Below are positions 9,819 through 18,844 of a stretch of DNA of 64,000 bases, piece by piece (the stretch's first letter is position 1; each line of letters starts with the position of its first letter). The translations under genes and the position numbers were made by a program. The stretch comes from Candidatus Multivoradales bacterium (GTDB taxonomy: Bacteria; Acidobacteriota; Thermoanaerobaculia; Multivoradales; JAHEKO01). Under the pieces are notes generated by a model. It had not been told where the DNA came from. It was given only the letters and a program-made list of their open reading frames with translations, and searched no databases. The DNA lies in NCBI GenBank assembly GCA_965223155.1, contig CBDCVR010000015.1:1-64000 (forward strand), given 5' to 3'.

Positions 9819-12308
9819 GTGCGCTCTCTTCATTTTCTCTTGGCCATCGCATTGGTTTCGAGCCCGCTTTCGGCGACGACCCTCAACGAAGCCCGCGGCT
9901 TGCACGGATCCGGGGAACTGACAAAGGCGGCCGCAGCGTACCGAGCAGTGCTGGCCTCCGGAGATATGGATGCCGCCAACACCGCGATCGCCCACAACAA
10001 TCTGTGCGTCGTTCTGGACTCTCTGGGAGATCTGGATGCAGCCGAGGACGCTTGTAGGTCGGCACTCCGCATCAGGCGCAGTCTCGGCGACGAAGCCCGG
10101 GTGGCCAGGACTCTGAACAACCTCGGCCTGGTTCTGCAACATCAAGGCCGATACGCCGAGGCCACGAGCAGCTTCGGGGCAGCCTTGGAACGCAATCGAA
10201 CGCTTCAAGATCCAGCGTCGCAGGCCATCAATCTCGCTAACCTCGGAGTCGTGGCGACCCTGAGGGGACGATTCCAAGAGGCGCTGGATCGTTACGCCGA
10301 GGTCGCCCATCTGGCCGACGAACACCCGCGAAGTGCCTGGGCCCACGAACAGCGGATCACCGCGGAGCTCAATCGCGGCGTAGTCCTCGAGCGGCTCTCC
10401 GCATTTGACGAAGCCCTGGACGTCTATCTCGCCTTGTTGGAGCACTCGGACCAGCTGCGATCCGATCAGCAAGCCTCCATCTTGGTCAATTCTGGGGTCG
10501 TGTACCGCAACCTGGGGAATCCGGTCGAAGCGATTCGCCGGTTCGAGGCGGCGCGCGCCTTGTACTTGGCAACGGGCGACCGCGGTGGCATCGCCCACGC
10601 CGAGCTCAACCTGGGTATCGTCCAACATCTGGACCTGAACGACCCTAGAACTGCAGAAGCCGCGTACCGAAGAGCACTTGACGGCGTCGCTGGCGGCGTC
10701 GATCGAAGTGTCGAAATCGAAACTCAGGCGTATCTGGCTCGCTTGCTCTCCGATCAAGGACGACTCGACGAAGCCCGCACGTTGTATGACGCCGTGCATC
10801 GCCATGGAGAAGCCAGCGGCTCCTCCGAGGCGACCTGGATCGGCCTTGCCGGCCTCGGCCAAGTCTCCTTCCGGCAGGGAGATGTCCGAGCGGCGGTTGA
10901 CGCCTACGAAGCCGCCATCGACGCCGTCGAGGTCAGTCGTGCCGAGGTCGGTCGTAGCGACCTGAGGGCGAGCTTCCTGGCCGACAAGCGTTCGGTCTAT
11001 GCGGGCGCCTTGACGGTCTGGAACGCGGTGAGCGACACCACCGCCACAACTCGAGCGGAGCAAGCTCTTTCGATCGCCCAGCGCGCCAAGGCTCGGGATC
11101 TCCTCGATGTGCTGCGCGCCGCGGAGGGCCAAGGCACTAGCGTCAGGCAAGCGGTCCAGCCCATTGACATCGAGGAGCTCCGCTCTCGGCTCGGTACCGA
11201 CACGATCTGGGAGTACTTCGTAGGCGAGACACAGCTTTTTGCTTGGCGGATCGACGCCAGAGGCCTTGACTGGTTCGACCTGGGCCCGGCCGAACCCATC
11301 TTGCAGATGGTTCGAAAGGCCTACGCGGACTTGAGCGAGGGTCGGCAACCCGAAACCCCGTTGCTGGAAGAACTCGCGAGTCGCCTCTTGACCCCGCTCG
11401 AACCCGAGCCGCGGGCCGCGATTCGCATCGCTCCCGATCGCGAACTGTTCCGGCTGCCCTTTGAAATCCTGCCCGTCCCGGCAGACTCCGGCCGGCGCTT
11501 GGTCGAGGTCGCCCGGGTGAGCTATTTGCCCAGCTCTTGGGCGGTCAGAACTCGGGCGCACCGTCGCGCCGATTCCATCGATATTCGCTTTGCCGGCCTT
11601 GGCAACTCGGCGGCCGGCCCAAGCGCCGGCGGTCTGCGGCCGCGACCGCTGCAAGCCGTGGAAAGGGAACTGGCGACAGCAGCGCGCAGTCTCGGCGGCG
11701 AGCGATCCATTGCCCTGGGCTCCAATGCCACCGAAGCTGCGTTCCGTTCCCTGACGGATCGACGCCTTGGGGCCCTCCACTTCGCTGCGCACGCGGTCGT
11801 GGACGAGTCCGGCGAGGGTCAAGGCGCGATCCATCTCACACCGGACCTTTCCGACGACGGCATCCTCCGCCCCAGCGAGATCGCCTCTCGCTCAATCGAT
11901 GCCCGGCTTGTCGTCCTCGCCGCATGCGCCACCGCCCCGATCGAGTCACCCAGCAACAGGGCCTTGACTACGCTCGCTGGGGCGTTTCTTGCCGCCGGCA
12001 GTGATGCCGTCTTGGCCACTCTATGGTCTGTCGGCGATCAACCCACGGCTGCATTCATGGAGCAATTCTACTATCGCCTTGGATCGGGCGAGGCCCCGGA
12101 GCGGGCCCTTCAGCAGGTGAAGCTCCGGATGATGAACGATGCGGCGTGGAACAACCCGGCTCTTTGGAGCGGTTACGTGCTCATCGGTTCAGGACAACCC
12201 GTGATCGAACGGCGCCGCTGGCGGTTGGCGGCCGGTATCGTCATCGCGACACTGCTCATCGCGGCTTGGCTGATGAGGTACCGCCGGAAACAGGCGACCC
12301 CGGTCTAA
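9819..12308 (+). CDS. Signal-peptide, C-terminally anchored TPR + CHAT (caspase-like) domain protein
   Basis: Signal peptide MRSLHFLLAIALVSSPLSA; TPRs (ARTLNNLGLV, NLANLGVV); CHAT IAPDRELFRLPFE, LHFAAHA, LVVLAAC, ATLWSVGD, PALWSGYVLIG; C-terminal TM followed by RYRRK. Confidence 0.9.
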   Translation: MRSLHFLLAIALVSSPLSATTLNEARGLHGSGELTKAAAAYRAVLASGDMDAANTAIAHNNLCVVLDSLGDLDAAEDACRSALRIRRSLGDEARVARTLNNLGLVLQHQGRYAEATSSFGAALERNRTLQDPASQAINLANLGVVATLRGRFQEALDRYAEVAHLADEHPRSAWAHEQRITAELNRGVVLERLSAFDEALDVYLALLEHSDQLRSDQQASILVNSGVVYRNLGNPVEAIRRFEAARALYLATGDRGGIAHAELNLGIVQHLDLNDPRTAEAAYRRALDGVAGGVDRSVEIETQAYLARLLSDQGRLDEARTLYDAVHRHGEASGSSEATWIGLAGLGQVSFRQGDVRAAVDAYEAAIDAVEVSRAEVGRSDLRASFLADKRSVYAGALTVWNAVSDTTATTRAEQALSIAQRAKARDLLDVLRAAEGQGTSVRQAVQPIDIEELRSRLGTDTIWEYFVGETQLFAWRIDARGLDWFDLGPAEPILQMVRKAYADLSEGRQPETPLLEELASRLLTPLEPEPRAAIRIAPDRELFRLPFEILPVPADSGRRLVEVARVSYLPSSWAVRTRAHRRADSIDIRFAGLGNSAAGPSAGGLRPRPLQAVERELATAARSLGGERSIALGSNATEAAFRSLTDRRLGALHFAAHAVVDESGEGQGAIHLTPDLSDDGILRPSEIASRSIDARLVVLAACATAPIESPSNRALTTLAGAFLAAGSDAVLATLWSVGDQPTAAFMEQFYYRLGSGEAPERALQQVKLRMMNDAAWNNPALWSGYVLIGSGQPVIERRRWRLAAGIVIATLLIAAWLMRYRRKQATPV

Positions 12309-12346
12309 GAAGAGCAGGCCCGGGCCTGTTTCCGGCGGGACCCGGA

Positions 12347-13579
12347 CTAGGAATCGTCGGTGTCGGAGTCCGAGTCGTCTCCATCCGTGTCCGAGTCAGA
12401 GTCGTCCGAGTCGGAATCGGCTGAGTCGCTGTCCTCGTCGGAATCGGCGTCCGTGTCCGAGTCCTCATCCGAATCGCCGTCGGTGTCCGAATCCTCGTCC
12501 GAATCGCCATCCGTGTCTGAGTCCTCGTCCGAGTCACCGTCGGTGTCCGAATCCTCGTCCGAGTCAGCGTCCGTGTCGGAGTCCGCATCGCTCGAGCCGG
12601 GACCTCGATTGCCGGCAACGAATGTCAGTGTCTTCGAGCCTAGGCGAATCGGCAAGATGTTGCCATCCGCGTCCGTGAAAAAGGTCAGAGCCGGGTCGAA
12701 GGTCAATTCGCTGACCGTACCGGCCAGAACCGAGCGCGAAGTCCGGAGGCGAATCTCGATGAACTTGCCCGGAACCTCGTTGATAGCGCCGCGCTTGGCT
12801 TCGAAGTCCACCAAGACGAGTCCGGGAGTGGAGGTGTCGACACTCATCTTGCGGCGCCCGTGCCGACGATCCATCTTGACCCGAGGTGTGCGAGCCACAA
12901 TCGCCGGGTCGTAGCGAAGTCCCACGCGGCCACTCGCGATGGCAAACGGCTCGAAGCTCTCGACACCGATCCGGACCCGATCTCCGGGGCGCACGGTGTC
13001 GCCGTCGGGCTCGACCTTGGGATCTCGTGCCCGACCCCGGATCGCGAGCTCTCCGGAACGGGACTCGACGCCGATCGCTTCCCCGCCGGCGCCGAACAGC
13101 AGGGTCTCTTGGGGATCCACTCGTATGTTGAACTGCTGTCCCCTCCGGACGTTATTCCGCAAGCGAAGATAGAGTACTGCGAGCGGCCCATCGACGGCGT
13201 TGACCTTGGCGGCCTCCGAGGAAAACTGCACCACGACGGTCTGTCCGTCCGGCGTCGTCTCAAGGACGGCGTCCGCGGCGACTTTCCCCTTGCCGAACAC
13301 TTTGAAGCCTTCGAGGCGCTCGAACGGACCAAGCTCGCCGAAAGAACGCGTCGGACCATCAGCACGGAAGCACACCTGGCCTTGGCCCAGTGGGCGTGAC
13401 GAGTACGTGCGGATGACGATGGCTGCAATCCCGCCGGGAGCCGCCTCCGCGTCGTTGACCCGCAGGGTCAAGCTGTCCTTGCCTGCGAGAGGCTCCTCGA
13501 AAAGGATCACGCCGGCCGCAAAGCAGAGGGCGAGGACGAGCGTCGTGGCCGTCAGGATTCTGTGGGTTCGCATACTCAT
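12347..13579 (-). CDS. Secreted protein with two cohesin/Ig-like beta-sandwich segments and a Ser-Asp repeat tail
   Basis: GGAG before ATG 13579; signal-like N-terminus; two similar halves (..VDPQETLLFGAGGEAI / ..FDPALTFFTDADGNIL); acidic D/S tail. Confidence 0.75.
   Translation of the reverse strand: MSMRTHRILTATTLVLALCFAAGVILFEEPLAGKDSLTLRVNDAEAAPGGIAAIVIRTYSSRPLGQGQVCFRADGPTRSFGELGPFERLEGFKVFGKGKVAADAVLETTPDGQTVVVQFSSEAAKVNAVDGPLAVLYLRLRNNVRRGQQFNIRVDPQETLLFGAGGEAIGVESRSGELAIRGRARDPKVEPDGDTVRPGDRVRIGVESFEPFAIASGRVGLRYDPAIVARTPRVKMDRRHGRRKMSVDTSTPGLVLVDFEAKRGAINEVPGKFIEIRLRTSRSVLAGTVSELTFDPALTFFTDADGNILPIRLGSKTLTFVAGNRGPGSSDADSDTDADSDEDSDTDGDSDEDSDTDGDSDEDSDTDGDSDEDSDTDADSDEDSDSADSDSDDSDSDTDGDDSDSDTDDS
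12350..12592 (-). repeat. Coding 30-bp tandem repeat (DSDTD[G/A]DSDE)x~5 plus degenerate SD tail
   Basis: Repeated units like gagtcctcgtccgaatcgccgtcggtgtcc, differing mostly at synonymous positions. Confidence 0.9.
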
Positions 13580-14490
13580 TCTGTATCTCCTGTAGAACGG
13601 TCGTGCCCCGGCTGGCGGGACCAAAAACTTACTAAAACCGATCGGCCGGTCTGGGAAAAGTCTTCCGCTAGCCCTTCGACCCGCCAAACATAGGTCACCG
13701 AGTCGTGCATGCCCCAGGTAACATCCTGGGGCAGTTCCACGAACGGTTCGAGGGTCTCGGCCTCCCACAACGGCGCTCCGTCGACCTCCAGCAAGACGAA
13801 TCGGTACCGAACCGTTTCGGGTACCGCTTGCCACGAAAATCGACTCGGGACACCGGCAAGCTCGCCCTCCGGCTCCACGACTTCGATCCGCGTGCTACGG
13901 CGCGATCCGTCGAGTTCCGGTGGCGGCAACGGAGGCGGACCGCCAAGCGGCAACGTCAGCCAGCCAGCAACGCCGGCCACGACCGCGGCAGCAAGCCACT
14001 GCCAGCGTCGATCGAATCGACTCTCCGATGCCACGGGCCCTACCGTGGGCTTTGGAAGCTCCGTCAGTCGAAGAGCCTCTGCGATCCGATGTCGCAGTTC
14101 GTCCGCAGCCATCGGCATCACCGCAAAGGCCACATCACCGGCCAACACACGCGATCGAATTGCAGGCTCGTCACCGAATCCCGACACGAGCAGCACCGGC
14201 AGATCTGCCGCGACGGAACGTAGCCGATCGACAGCCTCCAGCCCTGACTCTCCCTCCAAGTAGGCATTCACGACCGCTAGATCGAAAGCCTGTTCGGTAA
14301 TGGCCAGCGCTGCCGTCTCGCCGTCGCCCACCGCGGTCACCCGCCAGTCCAGGCTCTTCAGAAGGTCCGCCGTAGCGGCGCGAAGGCCCGGCCGGTCCTC
14401 AACGAGGAGGACCGCACCCGATTTCGAAGAAGGAGTCCCAGGGGGGCCAGAAAATTCTCGCATCGCGGGCGAACCTACGCCACCCAACAT
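13576..14490 (-). CDS. Pseudo-receiver domain - TM - extracytoplasmic FN3/Ig-like protein
   Basis: VLLVEDR, DLAVVNAYL (Asn at the phospho-Asp position), AVMPM (Met at the conserved Lys); TM WQWLAAAVVAGVAGWL; C-terminal RFSWQAV..YRFVL..YVWRVEG; alternative start 14463. Confidence 0.75.
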   Translation of the reverse strand: MLGGVGSPAMREFSGPPGTPSSKSGAVLLVEDRPGLRAATADLLKSLDWRVTAVGDGETAALAITEQAFDLAVVNAYLEGESGLEAVDRLRSVAADLPVLLVSGFGDEPAIRSRVLAGDVAFAVMPMAADELRHRIAEALRLTELPKPTVGPVASESRFDRRWQWLAAAVVAGVAGWLTLPLGGPPPLPPPELDGSRRSTRIEVVEPEGELAGVPSRFSWQAVPETVRYRFVLLEVDGAPLWEAETLEPFVELPQDVTWGMHDSVTYVWRVEGLAEDFSQTGRSVLVSFWSRQPGHDRSTGDTE

Positions 14491-14561
14491 GAAGGCAGGA
14501 TGAACGCGCCGGGGACCGGGCGCGCCGTGTCGGTCTCGGCGCCGGCAAACGCCCGCCGCCG

Positions 14562-15545
14562 CTAGTCGATTGTGACGTCGCCGTCCTCGGTCCGGATGCG
14601 CACCGAGCCCGCCTCCGAAGCGCCGGGCTTCGAGCCCGTGACCCGGTGCTCCGACTTGGTCGCGATCCAGTCGTCCGAGCCGAGCCGAACGCGGCCGTCA
14701 TCGGTGGTGACCGTAAACTCGGCACCGATCCCGTCGCCGAGCACGAGTCGCACATCGCCGTCGGCGACGTCGATCTCGACGTCCAGATCCTCGGCCCGCG
14801 CGACGCCCACGTCCACGTCCCCGTCGTCGGCCCGCACCCGCAGGCGCCCGGCGGCCACGTCGTCCAGGAAGACCCGGCCATCAGCGACCACGAGTTCGAA
14901 GGAGCCCGCGCAACCATCGAGCGTCAGATCGCCATCGTCCGCCCGGATCGTCACGTCGCCGGCGCAGTCCTCGATTTCCACGTCGCCGTCCGCCACGTCG
15001 ATCTGGATACGGCCCTCGAGGCCACTTCCTTCCAGATCGCCGTCCTCGGCGCGGATCCGGATGCGCTTTGCGCGGACGTCATCCAGCAGCAGATCGCCGT
15101 CGTCCAGGCGGACATCCAGATCGCCTCGCCAGGCCGACAGGTCCAGGTCCCCGTCGTCGCCGACCGTCTCGAGCTCCACGTAGGAGGGCGCCTGAATCCG
15201 GTAGACGTAGTCCTGGCGGCGCGTCGAGAAGAAGCCGAACCCGATGTGGCCGGACTCGCGACCGCGCACCACGATGGTGTTGCCGCGGCGCTCGAATTCG
15301 ACGTCAAAGTCGGGATCCGGTCCCAGGCCGATGGCGCGGTAGTCCAGGTGATACTCGACGCGCACCTCGATAACGTCCTGATCCCACGGGCGCACGACCA
15401 CGTCGCCATCTCCGTGAAGGAGCTCGAGCTTCGCGCCCTCGGCAACTGCGAACGTCTCGTGGTAGGTGCGATCCACGGTTCCGGCGAAACCGGGAGCCGA
15501 GCCCAGGGTCCCGGCCAGGACGAGTACGGCGAGTCCAACTCTCAT
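14562..15545 (-). CDS. DUF4097-family beta-strand repeat secreted protein
   Basis: Signal peptide; repeated xxDGD[VL] units; GGAGG RBS. Confidence 0.8.
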   Translation of the reverse strand: MRVGLAVLVLAGTLGSAPGFAGTVDRTYHETFAVAEGAKLELLHGDGDVVVRPWDQDVIEVRVEYHLDYRAIGLGPDPDFDVEFERRGNTIVVRGRESGHIGFGFFSTRRQDYVYRIQAPSYVELETVGDDGDLDLSAWRGDLDVRLDDGDLLLDDVRAKRIRIRAEDGDLEGSGLEGRIQIDVADGDVEIEDCAGDVTIRADDGDLTLDGCAGSFELVVADGRVFLDDVAAGRLRVRADDGDVDVGVARAEDLDVEIDVADGDVRLVLGDGIGAEFTVTTDDGRVRLGSDDWIATKSEHRVTGSKPGASEAGSVRIRTEDGDVTID

Positions 15546-15567
15546 AGCGATTTGCCTCCCGCCCTAG

Positions 15568-15596
15568 TCTACGGGCCCGCGGCCGGGATTGTTCCA
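15568..15596 (-). promoter_or_regulatory. Candidate ECF promoter TGGAAC-N17-CGTAGA
   Basis: AAC/CGT ECF-type consensus upstream of the DUF4097 gene. Confidence 0.4.
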
Positions 15597-15664
15597 CCGC
15601 TGTCCCGGAGGCGCGGTATTCTCGCGCCGCAACCCACCGGCCAGACCGGCCTCAAGGAGACGCA

Positions 15665-16558
15665 ATGGAGTCCAAACCCATCCAAACGATGACCGTCACC
15701 GGCGCCGGCCAGATGGGCGCCCAGATCGCGATGCTGGGGGCACTCGCGGGCATCGAGACCCGCTTGCACGACATCGACGGCGACCAGCTCGAGCGGGCGC
15801 TTGCTTCGAACCGCAAGCACATGGACCGGCGGGTCGCCAAGAGCAAGATGACCGGAGAGGAGCTGACCGAGGCCTTCGCAAGGCTGACGCCGACGACGGA
15901 TCTCGAAGAAGCCTGCGCTGGAGTCGACTTCGTCCTCGAGGCCGTCATCGAGCGCCTCGAGGTCAAGCGCGAGGTCTTCGCGCGCCTCGACCGGCTGACG
16001 CCCGAGTCCGCCGTGCTGGCGACCAACAGCTCGTACCTGATGAGCTCGGAGATCGCCGACGCCACCGGCCGGCCGGACAAGGTCTGCAACATGCACTTCT
16101 TCTACCCGCCGCTGGTGATGCGGCTGGTGGAGGTCGTGCGCGGCGAACACACCGCCGACGAGACCGCCTGGGCGGCCGCCGGGCTGGCCCGCCGTCTGGG
16201 CAAGACCCCGGTATTGCTCAACAAGGAGATGCCCGGCTTCCTCGTCAACCGCGTGCTGCGCGCGATCTCCAACGAGGCCTACTTCCTCCTCGAATCCGGC
16301 GTTGCCTCCTTCGAAGACATCGACACCGCCTGCAAGCTGGGATTGAACCACCCCATGGGGCCCTTCCAGCTAGCCGACTTCTCGGGCCTCGACATTGGCT
16401 ACAACGCTCGGCGGGAAGTCTACGAGCGCACCGGCCGCGAGGAGGATCGCCCGCCCGCCTCGCTTGCGACCCGCGTCGAGCGCGGCGACGTGGGCAGGAA
16501 GAGCGGACGCGGCTTCTACGACTACTCGACCGATCCTCCGACTCCGATCCCCGAATGA
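15665..16558 (+). CDS. 3-hydroxyacyl-CoA dehydrogenase
   Basis: GAGQMGAQIA, EAVIERLEVK, ATNSS, MHFFYP, PGFLVNR, HPMGPFQLADFSGLD, GRKSGRGFY. Confidence 0.92.
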   Translation: MESKPIQTMTVTGAGQMGAQIAMLGALAGIETRLHDIDGDQLERALASNRKHMDRRVAKSKMTGEELTEAFARLTPTTDLEEACAGVDFVLEAVIERLEVKREVFARLDRLTPESAVLATNSSYLMSSEIADATGRPDKVCNMHFFYPPLVMRLVEVVRGEHTADETAWAAAGLARRLGKTPVLLNKEMPGFLVNRVLRAISNEAYFLLESGVASFEDIDTACKLGLNHPMGPFQLADFSGLDIGYNARREVYERTGREEDRPPASLATRVERGDVGRKSGRGFYDYSTDPPTPIPE

Positions 16559-17955
16559 GAACCCTCGAACATCCTCGGGCGGCGTGGGCCGTTGCGCTGG
16601 CCGTCGTCTTCTCGGCCCCGCTGGGTGCCACCGTGGCAAGCGCCGCCCCGGCCGCGGCCCAGCCGTCCGCGACCGGCTCCGGATCGGACTGGCCGGCGTT
16701 TCTCGGGCCCAATGGCGATGCTCGATCGACCGAAACCGGCATTCTCACGCAATGGCCTGAAGAGGGGCTCCGGCTTCTCTGGTACCGAGAGGTTGGCGAG
16801 GGGTACAGCGCTCCCGCGGTGGCCGGTGGCCGGCTGTTTCACTTCGACCGCACCGGAGACCGGGCGCGGCTGGTGAGCCTCGACCGGCGGACCGGTACCG
16901 AGCTCTGGAGCCGCGAGTACCCGACCGACTACGTCGATTCCTACGGCTACTCGAACGGCCCGCGCGCCAGCCCGGTCGTGGACGGCGACCGTGTCTACAT
17001 CTACGGCGTCGAGGGCCGGCTGCGCTGCCACCGCGCCGGCGACGGTGAGCTCCTCTGGGAGGTCGATACCGTGCCCGAGTTCGGCGTGGTCCAGAACTTC
17101 TTCGGTGTCGGCGCCACGCCGGTTGTCTTCGGCGATCTGCTCCTGGTGATGGTCGGCGGCAGTCCGCCGGAGAGCCCCAAGATCCACAGCGGCAGCGTCC
17201 GGCCCAACGGCTCCGCCATCGTGGCCTTTGACAAGGAGACCGGCGAGGTCCGCTACCGGACCGGCGACGAGCTGGCCAGCTACTCGACCCCGTCCCTGGC
17301 CGAGATCGGCGGCCGGCCGTGGCTTCTTGCCTTCACCCGCGGCGGTCTCCTGGGCCTGGACCCCCGCTCCGGCCGCCAGGACTTCTTCTTTCCCTGGCGC
17401 GCCAAGATCCTGGAGAGCGTCAACGCATCGAAGCCGGTGGTGGCCGGCGACACCGTGTTTCTCTCCGAGACCTATGGTCCGGGCTCGGCCCTGTTGCGCG
17501 TTCGAGACGGCGGCTACGAGGTGGTCTGGCAGGACCAGCCCAAGAGCCGGAACAAGGCCATGAGGACCCACTGGAACACCGCCGTGCACCACGATGGGTT
17601 CTTGTATGGCTCTAGCGGCCGTGGTCCGGGAGACGCCGAGCTACGCGCGGTCCGGCTCGCCGACGGTGGCATTGCCTGGAGCCGCCCCGGCCTTCAGCGG
17701 GCGACGCTTCTCTATGCCGACGGCCACTTCCTGGTCCTGAGCGAGTCCGGCGAGCTGCGGCTCGTCGAAGCCCGCGCCGACGCCTATCGCGAGGTCGCGG
17801 TCCAGGATCTGACCCAGCTCCAGAAAGACGACGGGCAGCCGCTGGTGCGGCCGCCCGCCTGGAACGCGCCCATCCTGGCACACGGGATCCTCTACGTCCT
17901 GGGCAAGGACACGCTGCTGGCGCTCGAGCTCATCCCGCCGGCCGGCTCGCCCTAG
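16555..17955 (+). CDS. Secreted PQQ-like beta-propeller repeat protein
   Basis: Signal peptide; DWPAFLGPNGD, GYSAPAV, GPRASPVVDG, AFDKETGE, WNAPILAHG; ATGA overlap with the upstream gene. Confidence 0.85.
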   Translation: MRTLEHPRAAWAVALAVVFSAPLGATVASAAPAAAQPSATGSGSDWPAFLGPNGDARSTETGILTQWPEEGLRLLWYREVGEGYSAPAVAGGRLFHFDRTGDRARLVSLDRRTGTELWSREYPTDYVDSYGYSNGPRASPVVDGDRVYIYGVEGRLRCHRAGDGELLWEVDTVPEFGVVQNFFGVGATPVVFGDLLLVMVGGSPPESPKIHSGSVRPNGSAIVAFDKETGEVRYRTGDELASYSTPSLAEIGGRPWLLAFTRGGLLGLDPRSGRQDFFFPWRAKILESVNASKPVVAGDTVFLSETYGPGSALLRVRDGGYEVVWQDQPKSRNKAMRTHWNTAVHHDGFLYGSSGRGPGDAELRAVRLADGGIAWSRPGLQRATLLYADGHFLVLSESGELRLVEARADAYREVAVQDLTQLQKDDGQPLVRPPAWNAPILAHGILYVLGKDTLLALELIPPAGSP

Positions 17956-17973
17956 GGGCTTGCTGAGAAACTC

Positions 17974-18798
17974 CTAGCCGCCCTGGCGACGCACGATGAC
18001 GTCGCCGTTGAAGGTCTTGAGCCGGATCTCGGCACCGCCGCCGCCCACCGTGCCGGTGATCTCACGGTTGAACTCGACCCGGTAGCCCTTACCGGACTTC
18101 GACTCCGAGCGGGCAGCGGGGGTGCGCTCCAGGGCCACCTCGTAGTCGGTCAGGATGTCGCCTTGGCCGGCTTGCATCTTGAGCGTGGCCTTGAGATCGG
18201 CCGGGAAGGTGACGTCGATGTCCCCGTTCCAGCTCACGAACGACATCGGCGCGCCGTCGGTAAGGTCCACCATCTCCACCAGCACGTCTCCGTTCGAGGC
18301 CGTGGCGACGACCGAGCCCTGCATGTCGCGGGCTTCGATCGAACCGTTGACGTTCTTGAGCTCGTGCTCGCCGGCCACGCCTGAAACCACCAGGTCCTCG
18401 CCGTTCATGATCTGGACGCGCAAGGAGGTTTGCCGGGGCACTTGGACGTGCAGCAGGACTTCCCCTCCCGACCAGTCCGTGGACAGGCTCACCACGTTGT
18501 CGTCCTCTTCGATCACCAGGCCGACGCTGTTGTTCGGGATCCGGAACATGCCGTCCACCTTCTCGATCGCCCCGTCCTCATCCGTGGACCGGCTTTCGAT
18601 GACGACCTGATCGCCATCGAAGCCCTCCACGGTCAGGCCGCCCTGGGCCAGACGCGCCTCCAGGATCACCGGCTGGCCGGGTTGAGACAGTGGCACGACA
18701 AACTCCTGGACTTGGGCCGCAGCCGCGGTCGCGGTCCACAGGATGACCGCCAGGCTCGCCGCCATCCACTGCATCTTCTGACTCATTCGTTGGTTCAT
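17974..18798 (-). CDS. DUF4097-family protein
   Basis: Signal peptide; VQVPRQTSL, NVNGSI, SNGDV, SWNGDIDV, TFNGDV; GGAGA RBS. Confidence 0.8.
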   Translation of the reverse strand: MNQRMSQKMQWMAASLAVILWTATAAAAQVQEFVVPLSQPGQPVILEARLAQGGLTVEGFDGDQVVIESRSTDEDGAIEKVDGMFRIPNNSVGLVIEEDDNVVSLSTDWSGGEVLLHVQVPRQTSLRVQIMNGEDLVVSGVAGEHELKNVNGSIEARDMQGSVVATASNGDVLVEMVDLTDGAPMSFVSWNGDIDVTFPADLKATLKMQAGQGDILTDYEVALERTPAARSESKSGKGYRVEFNREITGTVGGGGAEIRLKTFNGDVIVRRQGG

Positions 18799-18844
18799 TG
18801 TCGGTCTCCCATTCTCCGAATCCTTCGATTGCTCTCTCTCTGCT

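Noticed and set aside
9762-11834. 690-aa minus-strand ORF and similar long ORFs (e.g. 21559-23631, 28242-29822, 49985-51799, 57375-58871)
   Set aside because: Antisense or off-frame shadows of clear genes, expected at high GC; no motifs recognised.
12350-12592. 30-bp tandem repeats as a possible CRISPR array
   Set aside because: No unique spacers, units are in frame and vary synonymously, and no cas genes are present; it is a coding SD repeat.
7250-14560. Calling the CHAT block a mobile element
   Set aside because: No recombinase, transposase, tRNA target or flanking direct repeats found; the compositional difference is only an impression.
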